A stretch of DNA of 64,000 bases from positions 7,254,001 to 7,318,000 of the forward strand of contig CM022667.1 of the NCBI GenBank assembly GCA_012295275.1, in the 5' to 3' direction. Shown here one piece after another: positions 23,460-35,888 of the stretch. How positions within the stretch are numbered: the stretch's first letter is position 1; each line of letters begins with the position of its first letter. Below the pieces are notes generated by a model. The model was given only the letters and a program-made list of their open reading frames with translations, did no database searches and was not told where the DNA came from. This DNA comes from Chrysomallon squamiferum. Lineage: Eukaryota; Animalia; Mollusca. Both the position numbers and the translations under genes were made by a program.

Positions 23460-26400
23460 ACACACCCAAGGGGAACAACTCGTTTCCGACACGTGCACAA
23501 AAAACGCACATATTTTTGAAAATTTGCTCGTTTTTTTTTCAAACGCATTTTCAAAAGGTGCAGCACCTTTGGTAAATGTTGGAAACGTTTTTGCCACACT
23601 CGCCCCGACGGCGCGCACCTTTTGCACACGTTGAAATATTTTTCCCGACCGCACGGAATAGTGCCACACGGATTTTCAATTTTTGAAAATCGAATTTTTT
23701 CAAGTTTCGTTGAAAATGCTAGGGGTACCTTTTTCAAAGTGCAATAACTTTTTCCGAGCACGTGGGAAAAATCGGGCGCACACACCCAAAAGTGGGGCAA
23801 GGGTTGCCCGACACGGGTCAAAAGTGCCGCACGCCCCACCCAAGGGGAACAACTCGTTTCCGACACGTGCACAAAAAACGCACATGTTTTTGAAAATTTG
23901 CTCGATTTTTTTTCAAACGCATTTTCAAAAGGTGCAGCACCTTTGGTAAATGTTGGAAACGTTTTTGCCACACTCGCCCCGACGGCGCGCACGTTTTGCA
24001 CACGTCGAAATATTTTTCCCGACCAAACGGAACAGTGCCACACGGATTTTCAACTTTTGAAAATCGAATTTTTTCAAGTTTCGTTGAAAATGCTAGGGGT
24101 ACCTTTTTCAAAGTGCAATAACTTTTTCCGAGCACGTGGGAAAAATCGGGCGCACACACCCAAAAGTGGGGCAAGGGTTGCCCGACACGGGTCAAAAGTG
24201 CCGCACGCCCCACCCAAGGGGAACAACTCGTTTCCGACACGTGCACAAAAAACGCACATGTTTTTTGAAAATTTGCTCGATTTTTTTCAAACGCATTTTC
24301 AAAAGGTGCAGCACCTTTGGTAAATGTTGGAAACGTTTTTTGCCACACTCGCCCCGACGGCGCGCACGTTTTTTGCACACGTCGAAAATATTTTTCCCGA
24401 CCAAACGGAACAGTGCCACACGGATTTTCAACTTTTGAAAATCGAATTTTTTCAAGTTTCGTTGAAAATGCTAGGGGTACCTTTTTCAAAGTGCAATAAC
24501 TTTTCCGAGCACGTGGGAAAAATCGGGCGCACATACCCAAAAGTGGGGCAAGGGTTGCCCGACACGGGTCAAAAGTGCCGCACGCCCCACCCAAGGGGAA
24601 CAACTCGTTTCCGACACGTGCACAAAAAACGCACATGTTTTTGAAAATTTGCTCGATTTTTTTTCAAACGCATTTTCAAAAGGTGCAGCACCTTTGGTAA
24701 ATGTTGGAAACGTTTTTGCCACACTCGCCCCGACGGCGCGCACGTTTTGCACACGTCGAAATATTTTTCCCGACCAAACGGAACAGTGCCACACGGATTT
24801 TCAACTTTTGAAAATCGAATTTTTTCAAGTTTCGTTGAAAATGCTAGGGGTACCTTTTTCAAAGTGCAATAACTTTTTCCGAGCACGTGGGAAAAATCGG
24901 GCGCACATACCCAAAAGTGGGGGCAAGGGTTGCCCGACACGGGTCAAAAGTGCCGCACGCCCCACCCAAGGGGAACAACTCGTTTCCGACACGTGCACAA
25001 AAAACGCACATGTTTTGAAAATTTGCTCGATTTTTTTTTCAAACGCATTTTCAAAAGGTGCAGCACCTTTGGTAAATGTTGGAAACGTTTTTGCCACACT
25101 CGCCCCGACGGCGCGCACGTTTTTTGCACACGTCGAAATATTTTTCCCGACCAAACGGAACAGTGCCACACGGATTTTCAACTTTTGAAAATCGAATTTT
25201 TTCAAGTTTCGTTGAAAATGCTAGGGGTACCTTTTTCAAAGTGCAATAACTTTTTCCGAGCACGTGGGAAAAATCGGGCGCACATACCCAAAAGTGGGGC
25301 AAGGGTTGCCCGACACGGGTCAAAAGTGCCGCACGCCCCACCCAAGGGGAACAACTCGTTTCCGACACGTGCACAAAAACGCACATGTTTTTTTTGAAAA
25401 TTTGCTCGATTTTTTTTCAAACGCATTTTCAAAGGTGCAGCACCTTTGGTAAATGTTGGAAACGTTTTTGCCACACTCGCCCCGACGGCGCGCACGTTTT
25501 GCACACGTCGAAATATTTTTCCCGACCAAACGGAACAGTGCCACACGGATTTTCAACTTTTGAAAATCAAATTTCTTTTCAAGTTTCGTTGAAAATGCTA
25601 GGGGTACCTTTTTCAAAGTGCAATAACTTTTTCCGAGCACGTGGGAAAAATCGGGCGCACATACCCAAAAGTGGGGCAAGGGTTGCCCGACACGGGTCAA
25701 AAGTGCCGCACGCCCCACCCAAGGGGAACAACTCGTTTCCGACACGTGCACAAAAAACGCACATGTTTTTGAAAATTTGCTCGATTTTTTTTCAAACGCA
25801 TTTTCAAAAGGTGCAGCACCTTTGGTAAATGTTGGAAACGTTTTTGCCACACTCGCCCCCCGACGACGGCGCGCACGTTTTGCACACGTCGAAATATTTT
25901 TCCCGACCAAACGGAACAGTGCCACACGGATTTTCAACTTTTGAAAATCGAATTTTTCAAGTTTCGTTGAAAATGCTAGGGTACCTTTTTCAAAGTGCAA
26001 TAACTTTTCCGAGCACGTGGGAAAAATCGGGCGCACATACCCAAAAGTGGGGCAAGGGTTGCCCGACACGGGTCAAAAGTGCCGCACGCCCCACCCAAGG
26101 GGAACAACTCGTTTCCGACACGTGCACAAAAAAAAACACATGTTTTTTGAAAATTTGCTCGATTTTTTTTTTCAAACGCATTTTCAAAAGGTGCAGCACC
26201 TTTGGTAAATGTTGGAAACGTTTTTGCCACACTCGCCCCGACGGCGCGCACGTTTTGCACACGTCGAAATATTTTTCCCGACCAAACGGAACAGTGCCAC
26301 ACGGATTTTCAACTTTTGAAAATCGAATTTTTTCAAGTTTCGTTGAAAATGCTAGGGGTACTTTTTCAAAGTGCAATAACTTTTTCCGAGCACGTGGGAA

Positions 26401-28337
26401 AAATCGGGCGCACATACCCAAAAGTGGGGGGGGCAAGGGTTGCCCGACACGGGTCAAAAGTGCCGCACGCCCCACCTAAGGGGAACAACTCGTTTCCGAC
26501 ACGTGCACAAAAACGCACATGTTTTTGAAAATTTGCTCGATTTTTTTTTTTTTCAAACGCATTTTCAAAAGGTGCAGCACCTTTGGTAAATGTTGGAAAC
26601 GTTTTTGCCACGCCCCCCCCGGCGCGGCGCGCACGTTTTTGCACACGTCGAAATATTTTTCCCGACCAAACGGAACAGTGCCACACGGATTTTCAACTTT
26701 TGAAAATCGAATTTTTCAAGTTTCGTTGAAAATGCTAGGGGTACCTTTTTCAAAGTGCAATAACTTTTTCCGAGCACGTGGGAAAAATCGGGCGCACATA
26801 CCCAAAAGTGGGGCAAGGGGTGCCCGACACGGGTCAAAAGTGCCGCACGCCCCACCCAAGGGGAACAACTCGTTTCCGACACGTGCACAAAAAACGCACA
26901 TGTTTTTGAAAATTTGCTCGATTTTTTTCAAACGCATTTTCAAAAGGTGCAGCACCTTTGGTAAATGTTGGAAACGTTTTTGCCACACTCGCCCCGACGG
27001 CGCGCACGTTTTGCACACGTCGAAATATTTTTCCCGACCAAACGGAACAGTGCCACACGGATTTTCAACTTTTGAAAATCGAATTTTTTCAAGTTTCGTT
27101 GAAAATGCTAGGGGTACCTTTTTTCAAAGTGCAATAACTTTTCCGAGCACGTGGGAAAAATCGGGCGCACATACCCAAAAGTGGGGGGGTGCCCGACACG
27201 GGTCAAAAGTGCCGCACGCCCCACCCAAGGGGAACAACTCGTTTCCGACACGTGCACAAAAAAACGCACATGTTTTTGAAAATTTGCTCGATTTTTTTTC
27301 AAACGCATTTTCAAAAGGTGCAGCACCTTTGGTAAATGTTGGAAACGTTTTTGCCACACTCGCCCCGACGGCGCGCACGTTTTGCACACGTCGAAATATT
27401 TTTCCCCGACCAAACGGAACAGTGCCACACGGATTTCAACTTTTTGAAAATCGAATTTTTCAAGTTTCGTTGAAAATGCTAGGGGTACCTTTTTCAAAGT
27501 GCAATAACTTTTCCGAGCACGTGGGAAAAATCGGGCGCACATACCCAAAAGTGGGGCAAGGGTTGCCCGACACGGGTCAAAAGTGCCGCACGCCCCACCC
27601 AAGGGGAACAACTCGTTTCCGACACGTGCACAAAAAACGCACATGTTTTTGAAAATTTGCTCGATTTTTTTTCAAACGCATTTTCAAAAGGTGCAGCACC
27701 TTTGGTAAATGTTGGAAACGTTTTTGCCACACTCGCCCCGACGGCGCGCACGTTTTGCACACGTCGAAATATTTTTCCGACCAAAACGGAACAGTGCCAC
27801 ACGGATTTTCAACTTTTGAAAATCGAATTTTTCAAGTTTCGTTGAAAATGCTAGGGGTACCTTTTTCAAAGTGCAATAACTTTTTCCGAGCACGTGGGAA
27901 AAATCGGGCGCACATACCCAAAAGTGGGGCAAGGGTTGCCCGACACGGGTCAAAAGTGCCGCACGCCCCACCCAAGGGGAACAACTCGTTTCCGACACGT
28001 GCACAAAAAACGCACATGTTTTTGAAAATTTGCTCGATTTTTTCAAACGCATTTTCAAAAGGTGCAGCACCTTTGGTAAATGTTGGAAACGTTTTTGCCA
28101 CACTCGCCCCGACGGCGCGCACGTTTTGCACACGTCGAAATATTTTTCCCGACCAAACGGAACAGTGCCACACGGATTTTCAACTTTTGAAAATCGAATT
28201 TTTTCAAGTTTCGTTGAAAATGCTAGGGGTACCTTTTTCAAAGTGCAATAACTTTTCCGAGCACGTGGAAAAATCGGGCGCACATACCCAAAAGTGGGGC
28301 AAGGGGTTGCCCGACACGGGTCAAAAGTGCCGCACGC
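23460..28337 (+). repeat. ~374-bp satellite array, left arm (~13 units)
   Basis: CCCAAGGGGAACAACTCG recurs at 23465, 23839, 24213 and 24590. Units are nearly identical apart from homopolymer lengths; CpG-rich. Confidence 0.98.
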
Positions 28338-28537
28338 NNNNNNNNNNNNNNNNNNNNNNNNNNNNNNNNNNNNNNNNNNNNNNNNNNNNNNNNNNNNNNN
28401 NNNNNNNNNNNNNNNNNNNNNNNNNNNNNNNNNNNNNNNNNNNNNNNNNNNNNNNNNNNNNNNNNNNNNNNNNNNNNNNNNNNNNNNNNNNNNNNNNNNN
28501 NNNNNNNNNNNNNNNNNNNNNNNNNNNNNNNNNNNNN
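28338..28537. other. assembly gap (200 N; arbitrary scaffold gap, true size unknown)
   Basis: Exactly 200 Ns at the point where the satellite orientation flips. Confidence 0.99.
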
Positions 28538-31500
28538 GCGCCCGATTTTTCCCACGTGTCGGAAAAAGTTATTGCACTTTGAAAAAGGTACCCCTAGCAT
28601 TTTCAACGAAACTTGAAAAATTCGATTTTCAAAAGTTGAAAATCCGTGTGGCACTGTTCCGTTTGGTCGGGAAAAATATTTCGACGTGTGCAAAACGTGC
28701 GCGCCGTCGGGGCGAGTGTGGCAAAAACGTTTCCAACATTTACCAAAGGTGCTGCACCTTTTGAAAATGCGTTTGAAAAAAAATCGAGCAAATTTTCAAA
28801 AACATGTGCGTTTTTTGTGCACGTGTCGGAAACGAGTTGTTCCCTCGGAAGGGCGTGGTGGGGCTTTGACCCGTGTCGGGCAACCCTTGCCCCACTTTTG
28901 GGTATGTGCGCCCGATTTTTCCCACGTGCTCGGAAAAAGTTATTGCACTTTGAAAAAGGTACCCCTAGCATTTTCAACGAAACTTGAAAAAATTCGATTT
29001 TCAAAAGTTGAAAATCCGTGTGGCACTGTTCCGTTTGGTCGTGAAAAATATTTCGACGTGTGCAAAACGTGCGCGCCGTCGGGGCGAGTGTGGCAAAAAC
29101 GTTTCCAACATTTACCAAAGGTGCTGCACCTTTTGAAAATGCGTTTGAAAAAAAATCGAGCAAATTTTCAAAAACATGTGCGTTTTTTGTGCACGTGTCG
29201 GAAACGAGTTGTTCCCCTTGGGTGGGGCGTGCGGCACTTTTGACCCGTGTCGGGCAACCCTTGCCCCACTTTTGGGTATGTGCGCACACTTTTGGGTGTG
29301 TGCGCCCGATTTTTCGGAAAACGTGCTCGGAAAAGTTCGGTGCACTTTGAAAAGGTGAAAAGCATTTTCAACCCCTAGCGATTTTCAAAAGTTGAAAATC
29401 TGTGTGGCACTGTTCCACGGTCGTGAAAAAATATTTCGACGTGTAAAACGTGCGCGTCGGGGCGAGTGTGGCAAAAAATGCAGCTTTGAAAAATGCGTTT
29501 GAAAAAAATCGAGCAAATTTTTTCAAAAACATGCGTTTTTTGCACGTGTCGGAAACGAGTTGTTTCCCTTTGGTGGGCGTCCGCACTTTTGACCCGTGTC
29601 GGGCAACCCTTGCCCCACTTTTGGGCAAAGGCGCCCGATTTTTCCACGCGCTCGGAAAAGTTATTGCACTTTGAAAAGCTGTTCCTAGCATTTTCAACGA
29701 AACTTGAAAAAATTCGATTTTCAAAAGTTGAAAATCCGTGTGGCACTGTTCCGTTTGGTCGGGAAAAATTTTCGACGTGCGCGCCGTCGGGGCGAGTGTG
29801 GCAAAAACGTTTCCAACATTTACCAAAGGTGCTGCACCTTTTGAAAATGCGTTTGAAAAAAAATCGAGCAAATTTTCAAAAACATGTGCGTTTTTTGTGC
29901 ACGTGTCGGAAACGAGTTGTTCCCCTTGGGTGGGGCGTGCGGCACTTTTGACCCGTGTCGGGCAACCCTTGCCCCACTTTTGGGTATGTGCGCCCGATTT
30001 TTCCCACGTGCTCGGAAAAAGTTATTGCACTTTGAAAAAGGTACCCCTAGCATTTTCAACGAAACTTGAAAAAATTCGATTTTCAAAAGTTGAAAATCCG
30101 TGTGGCACTGTTCCGTTTGGTCGTGAAAAATATTTCGACGTGTGCAAAACGTGCGCGCCGTCGGGGCGAGTGTGGCAAAAACGTTTCCAACATTTACCAA
30201 AGGTGCTGCACCTTTTGAAAATGCGTTTGAAAAAAAATCGAGCAAATTTTCAAAAACATGTGCGTTTTTTGTGCACGTGTCGGAAACGAGTTGTTCCCCT
30301 TGGGTGGGGCGTGCGGCACTTTTGACCCGTGTCGGGCAACCCTTGCCCCACTTTTGGGTATGTGCGCCCGATTTTTCCCACGTGCTCGGAAAAAGTTATT
30401 GCACTTTGAAAAGGTACCCCTAGCATTTTCAACGAAACTTGAAAAAATTCGATTTTCAAAAGTTGAAAATCCGTGTGGCACTGTTCCGTTTGGTCGTGAA
30501 AAATATTTCGACGTGTGCAAAACGTGCGCGCCGTCGGGGCGAGTGTGGCAAAAACGTTTCCAACATTTACCAAAGGTGCTGCACCTTTTGAAAATGCGTT
30601 TGAAAAAAATCGAGCAAATTTTCAAAAACATGTGCGTTTTTTGTGCACGTGTCGGAAACGAGTTGTTCCCCTTGGGTGGGGCGTGCGGCACTTTTGACCC
30701 GTGTCGGCAACCCTTGCCCACTTTTTCCCAATGTGCGCCCGATTTTTCCCACGTGCTCGGAAAAAGTTATTGCACTTTGAAAAAGGTACCCCTAGCATTT
30801 TCAACGAAACTTGAAAAAATTCGATTTTCAAAAGTTGAAAATCCGTGTGGCACTGAAAATGAAAAAAAAAACAAAAAAATATTTCGACGTGCAAAACGTT
30901 GCGCGCCGTCGGGCGAGTGTGGCAAAAACGTTTCCAACATTTTACCAAAGGTGCTGCACCTTTGAAAATGCGTTTGAAAAAAATCGAGCAAATTTTCAAA
31001 AACATGTGCGTTTTTTTGTGCACGTGTCGGAAACGAGTTGTTCCCTTTGGGGGGGCGTGCGGCACTTTTGACCCGTGTCGGCAACCCTTGCCCCACTTTT
31101 TCCAAAAAAATTTTGAAAAATGCGCCCGATTTTTCCCACGTGCTCGGAAAAGTTATTGCACTTTGAAAAAGGTGTTTTTTTAGCATTTTCAACGAAAGTT
31201 ATTTGAAAAACCTGATTTCAAAAGTTGAAAATCCGTGTGGCACTGTTCCGTTTGGTCGGGAAAAAATATTTCGACGTGTGCAAAACGTGCGCGCCGTCGG
31301 GGCGCGTGTGGCAAAAACGTTTCCAACATTTACCAAAGGTGCTGCACCTTTTGAAAATGCGTTTGAAAAAAATCGAGCAAATTTTCAAAAACATGTGCGT
31401 TTTTTGTGCACGTGTCGGAAACGAGTTGTTCCCCTTGGGTGGGGGGTGCGGCACTTTTGACCCGTGTCGGGCAACCCTTGCCCCACTTTTGGGTATGTGC

Positions 31501-34500
31501 GCCCGATTTTTCCCACGTGCTCGGAAAAAGTTATTGCACTTTGAAAAGGTACCCCTAGCATTTTCAACGAAACTTGAAAAAATTCGATTTTCAAAAGTTG
31601 AAAATCCGTGTGGCACTGTTCCGTTTGGTCGTGAAAAATATTTCGACGTGTGCAAAACGTGCGCGCCGTCGGGGCGAGTGTGGCAAAAACGTTTCCAACA
31701 TTTACCAAAGGTGCTGCACCTTTTGAAAAAATGCGTTTGAAAAAAATCGAGCAAATTTTCAAAACATGCGTTTTTTGTGCACGTGTCGGAAACGAGTTGT
31801 TCCCCTTGGGTGGGGCGTGCGGCACTTTTGACCCGTGTCGGGCAACCCTTGCCCCACTTTTGGGTATGTGCGCCCGATTTTTCCCACGTGCTCGGAAAAG
31901 TTATTGCACTTTGAAAAAAGGTACCCTAGCATTTTCAACGAAACTTGAAAAAATTCGATTTTCAAAAGTTGAAAATCCGTGTGGCACTGTTCCGTTTGGT
32001 CGGGAAAAATATTTCGACGTGTGAAAAACGTGCGCGCCGTCGGGGCGAGTGTGGCAAAACGTTTCCAACATTTACCAAAGGTGCTGCACCTTTTGAAAAT
32101 GCGTTTGAAAAAAAATCGAGCAAATTTTCAAAACATGTGCGTTTTTGTGCACGTGTCGGAAACGAGTTGTTCCCCTTTGGGTGGGGGCGTGCGGCACTTT
32201 TGACCCGTGTCGGCAACCCTTGCCCCTTTTTTTTGGTATGTGCGCCCGATTTTCCCACGTGCTCGGAAAAAGTTATTGCACTTTGAAAAAAAGGTAGCAT
32301 TTTCCGAAACTTGAAAAATTCGCATTTTCAACGAAACTTGAAAAAATTCGATTTTCAAAATGAAAATCCGTGTGGCACTGTTCCGTTTGGTCGTGAAAAA
32401 TATTTCGACTTCAAAAAAAATCCGTGCGCGCCGTCGGGGCGAGTGTGGCAAAAACGTTTCCAACATTTACCAAAGGTGCTGCACCTTTTGAAAATGCGTT
32501 TGAAAAAAAAATCGAGCAAATTTTCAAAAACATGTGCGTTTTTTGTGCACGTGTCGGAAACGAGTTGTTCCCCTTGGGTGGGGCGTGCGGCACTTTTGAC
32601 CCGTGTCGGGCAACCCTTGCCCCACTTTTGGGTGTGTGCGCCCGATTTTTCCCACGTGCTCGGAAAAAGTTATTGCACTTTGAAAAAGGTACCCCTAGCA
32701 TTTTCAACGAAACTTGAAAAAATTCGATTTTCAAAATGAAAATCCGTGTGGCACTGTTCCGTTTGGTCGTGAAAAATATTTCGACGTGTGCAAAACGTGC
32801 GCGCCGTCGGGGCGAGTGTGGCAAAAACGTTTCCAACATTTACCAAAGGTTCTGCACCTTTTGAAAATGCGTTTGAAAAAAATCGAGCAAATTTTCAAAA
32901 CATGTGCGTTTTTTGTGCACGTGTCGGAAACGAGTTGTTCCCCTTGGGTGGGGCGTGCGGCACTTTTGACCCGTGTCGGGCAACCCTTGCCCCCACTTTG
33001 GGTATGTGCGCCCGATTTTTCCCACGTGCTCAGCATTTTCAACGAAACTTGAAAAATTTCGATTTTCAAAAGTTGAAAATCCGTGTGGCACTGTTCCGTT
33101 TGGTCGGGAAAAATATTTGCTGCACTTTCCAACAAAGTTTTTGAAAATGCGCGCGTTTGAAAAAAAAAAAAATCGACCTTTTGAAAATGCGTTTGAAAAA
33201 AAATCGAGCAAATTTTCAAAAACATGTGCGTTTTTTGTGCACGTGTCGGAAACGAGTTGTTCCCCTTTGGTGGGGCGTGCGGCACTTTTGACCCGTGTCG
33301 GGCAACCCTTGCCCCACTTTTGGGTGTGTGCGCCCGATTTTTCCCACGTGCTCGGAAAAAGTTATTGCACTTTTTGAAAAGGTACCCCTAGCATTTTCAA
33401 CGAAACTTGAAAAAATTCGATTTTCAAAAGTTGAAAATCCGTGTGGCACTGTTCCGTTTGGTCGGGAAAATATTTCGACGTGTGCAAAACGTGCGCGCGC
33501 CGTCGGGGCGAGTGTGGCAAAAACGTTTCCAACATTTACCAAAGGTGCTGCACCTTTTGAAAATGCGTTTGAAAAAAATCGAGCAAATTTTCAAAAACAT
33601 GTGCGTTTTTTGTGCACGTGTCGGAAACGAGTTGTTCCCCTTGGGTGGGGCGTGCGGCACTTTTGACCCGTGTCGGGCAACCCTTGCCCCACTTTTGGGT
33701 GTGTGCGCCCGATTTTTCCCACGTGCTCGGAAAAAGTTATTGCACTTTGAAAAGGTACCCCTAGCATTTTCAACGAAACTTGAAAAATTCGATTTTCAAA
33801 AGTTGAAAATCCGTGTGGCACTGTTCCGTTTGGTCGGGAAAAATATTTCGACGTGTGCAAAACGTGCGCGCCGTCGGGGCGAGTGTGGCAAAAACGTTTC
33901 CAACATTTACCAAAGGTGCTGCACCTTTTGAAAATGCGTTTGAAAAAAATCGAGCAAATTTTCAAAAACATGTGCGTTTTTTGTGCACGTGTCGGAAACG
34001 AGTTGTTCCCCTTGGGTGGGGCGTGCGGCACTTTTGACCCGTGTCGGGCAACCCTTGCCCCACTTTTGGGTGTGTGCGCCCGATTTTTCCCACGTGCTCG
34101 GAAAAAGTTATTGCACTTTGAAAAAGGTACCCCTAGCATTTTCAACGAAACTTGAAAAATTCGATTTTCAAAAGTTGAAAATCCGTGTGGCACTGTTCCG
34201 TTTGGTCGGGAAAAATATTTCGACGTGTGCAAAACGTGCGCGCCGTCGGGGCGAGTGTGGCAAAAACGTTTCCAACATTTACCAAAGGTGCTGCACCTTT
34301 TGAAAATGCGTTGAAAAAAAAATCGAGCAAATTTTCAAAAACATGTGCGTTTTTTGTGCACGTGTCGGAAACGAGTTGTTCCCCTTGGGTGGGGCGTGCG
34401 GCACTTTTGACCCGTGTCGGGCAACCCTTGCCCCACTTTTTGGGTGTGCGCCCGATTTTTCCCACGTGCTCGGAAAAAGTTATTGCACTTTGAAAAAGGT

Positions 34501-35017
34501 ACCCCTAGCATTTTCAACGAAACTTGAAAAAATTCGATTTTCAAAAGTTGAAAATCCGTGTGGCACTGTTCCGTTTGGTCGGGAAAAATATTTCGACGTG
34601 TGCAAAACGTGCGCGCCGTCGGGGCGAGTGTGGCAAAAACGTTTCCAACATTTACCAAAGGTGCTGCACCTTTTGAAAATGCGTTTGAAAAAAACGAGCA
34701 AATTTTCAAAAACATGTGCGTTTTTTGTGCACGTGTCGGAAACGAGTTGTTCCCCTTGGGTGGGGCGTGCGGCACTTTTCACCCGTGTAGGGCAACCCTT
34801 GCCCACTTTTGGGTATGTGAGCCTGATTTTCCCACGTTCGCAGAAAAAGTTATTTCACTTTGAAGAAGGTAAATCAGCGTTACCATACTTCAGTGTAATG
34901 TCAGTGAACATTACGTATATAAAAATTGAAAATCCGTGTGGCACTATTCCGTGCGGTCGGGAAAAATATTTCAACGTGTGCAAAATGTGCGCGCCGTCGG
35001 GGCGAGTGTGGATAAAA
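28538..35017 (-). repeat. ~374-bp satellite array, right arm, inverted (~17 units)
   Basis: Reverse complement of the left-arm unit (CGAGTTGTTCCCCTTGGG...). Several noisy units, and a ~60-bp non-satellite patch at ~34862-34920. Confidence 0.98.
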
Positions 35018-35167
35018 CCCCAACCCTGACCCTAACCCTAACCCTGACTAACCCTAACCCTAACCCTGACCCTAACCCTAACCCTGTCTAACCCTAACCC
35101 TAACCCTAACCCTAGCTCTATCCCTAAACGCTAACCCTATCCTTAACCCTAACCCTAAACCCTATCC

Positions 35168-35204
<37 letters not shown>

Positions 35205-35888
35205 GTAACCCTAGCCCTATCCCTAACCCTAACCGTAACTCTAAACTCTAACCCTAACCTTAAAAATAGCCCCTAAACCTAACCCTGTACCTATCTCTAA
35301 CCCTTAACCCCTAACCCTAACCCTAGCCCTAACCCTAACCCCTAACCCTAAGCCTTTCCCTAACCCTCTAACCCTAACCCTAACCCCCCACCCAACCCAA
35401 CCCTAACTCTAACCCTAACCCTAACCCAACCTTAACCCTTACCAAACCCTAACCCCTGACCCTGACTAATCCTAACCCTAAGCCTAACCCTAGCTCTATC
35501 GCTGATCCCTAACCCTAACCCTAAACGTAACGCTAACCCTAACCCTAACCCCTAACCCCTAACCCTAACCCTAACCCCAAACCCAAACCCTAACCCAAAC
35601 ACTAACCCTAACCCTAACCCCTAACCCTGACTAACCATAACCCTAACCCTAACCCCTATCCCTGACTAACACTACCCCTAACCCGTGACACCTAACCCTG
35701 ACTAACCCTAACCCTGATTAACCCTAACCCTAACCCTAACCCGAACACCTAACCCCTAATCCTGGCTAACCCTAACCCTAACCCTAACCCTGACTAACCC
35801 TGACTAACCCTAACCCTAACCCTAAACCCTGACTAACCCTGACTAACCCTAATCCTAACCCTAAACCCTAAAACCTAACCCTAACCTT
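35018..35888 (-). repeat. interstitial telomeric repeat (CCCTAA)n with variants
   Basis: ~870 bp of CCCTAA with CCCTGA, CCCTAT, CCGTAA and a recurrent 10-mer CCCTGACTAA. Confidence 0.97.

Noticed and set aside
29280-33200. Rearranged or divergent satellite units in the right arm as higher-order structure
   Set aside because: Patchy indels and chimeric joins look like low-coverage consensus noise near a contig end; cannot be trusted without reads.
23033-35029. More than 100 overlapping ORFs (up to 377 aa) in the satellite and telomeric tracts
   Set aside because: They are artefacts of a stop-poor 374-bp tandem unit: they occur on both strands, are frameshifted by homopolymer variation, and show no recognisable domain.
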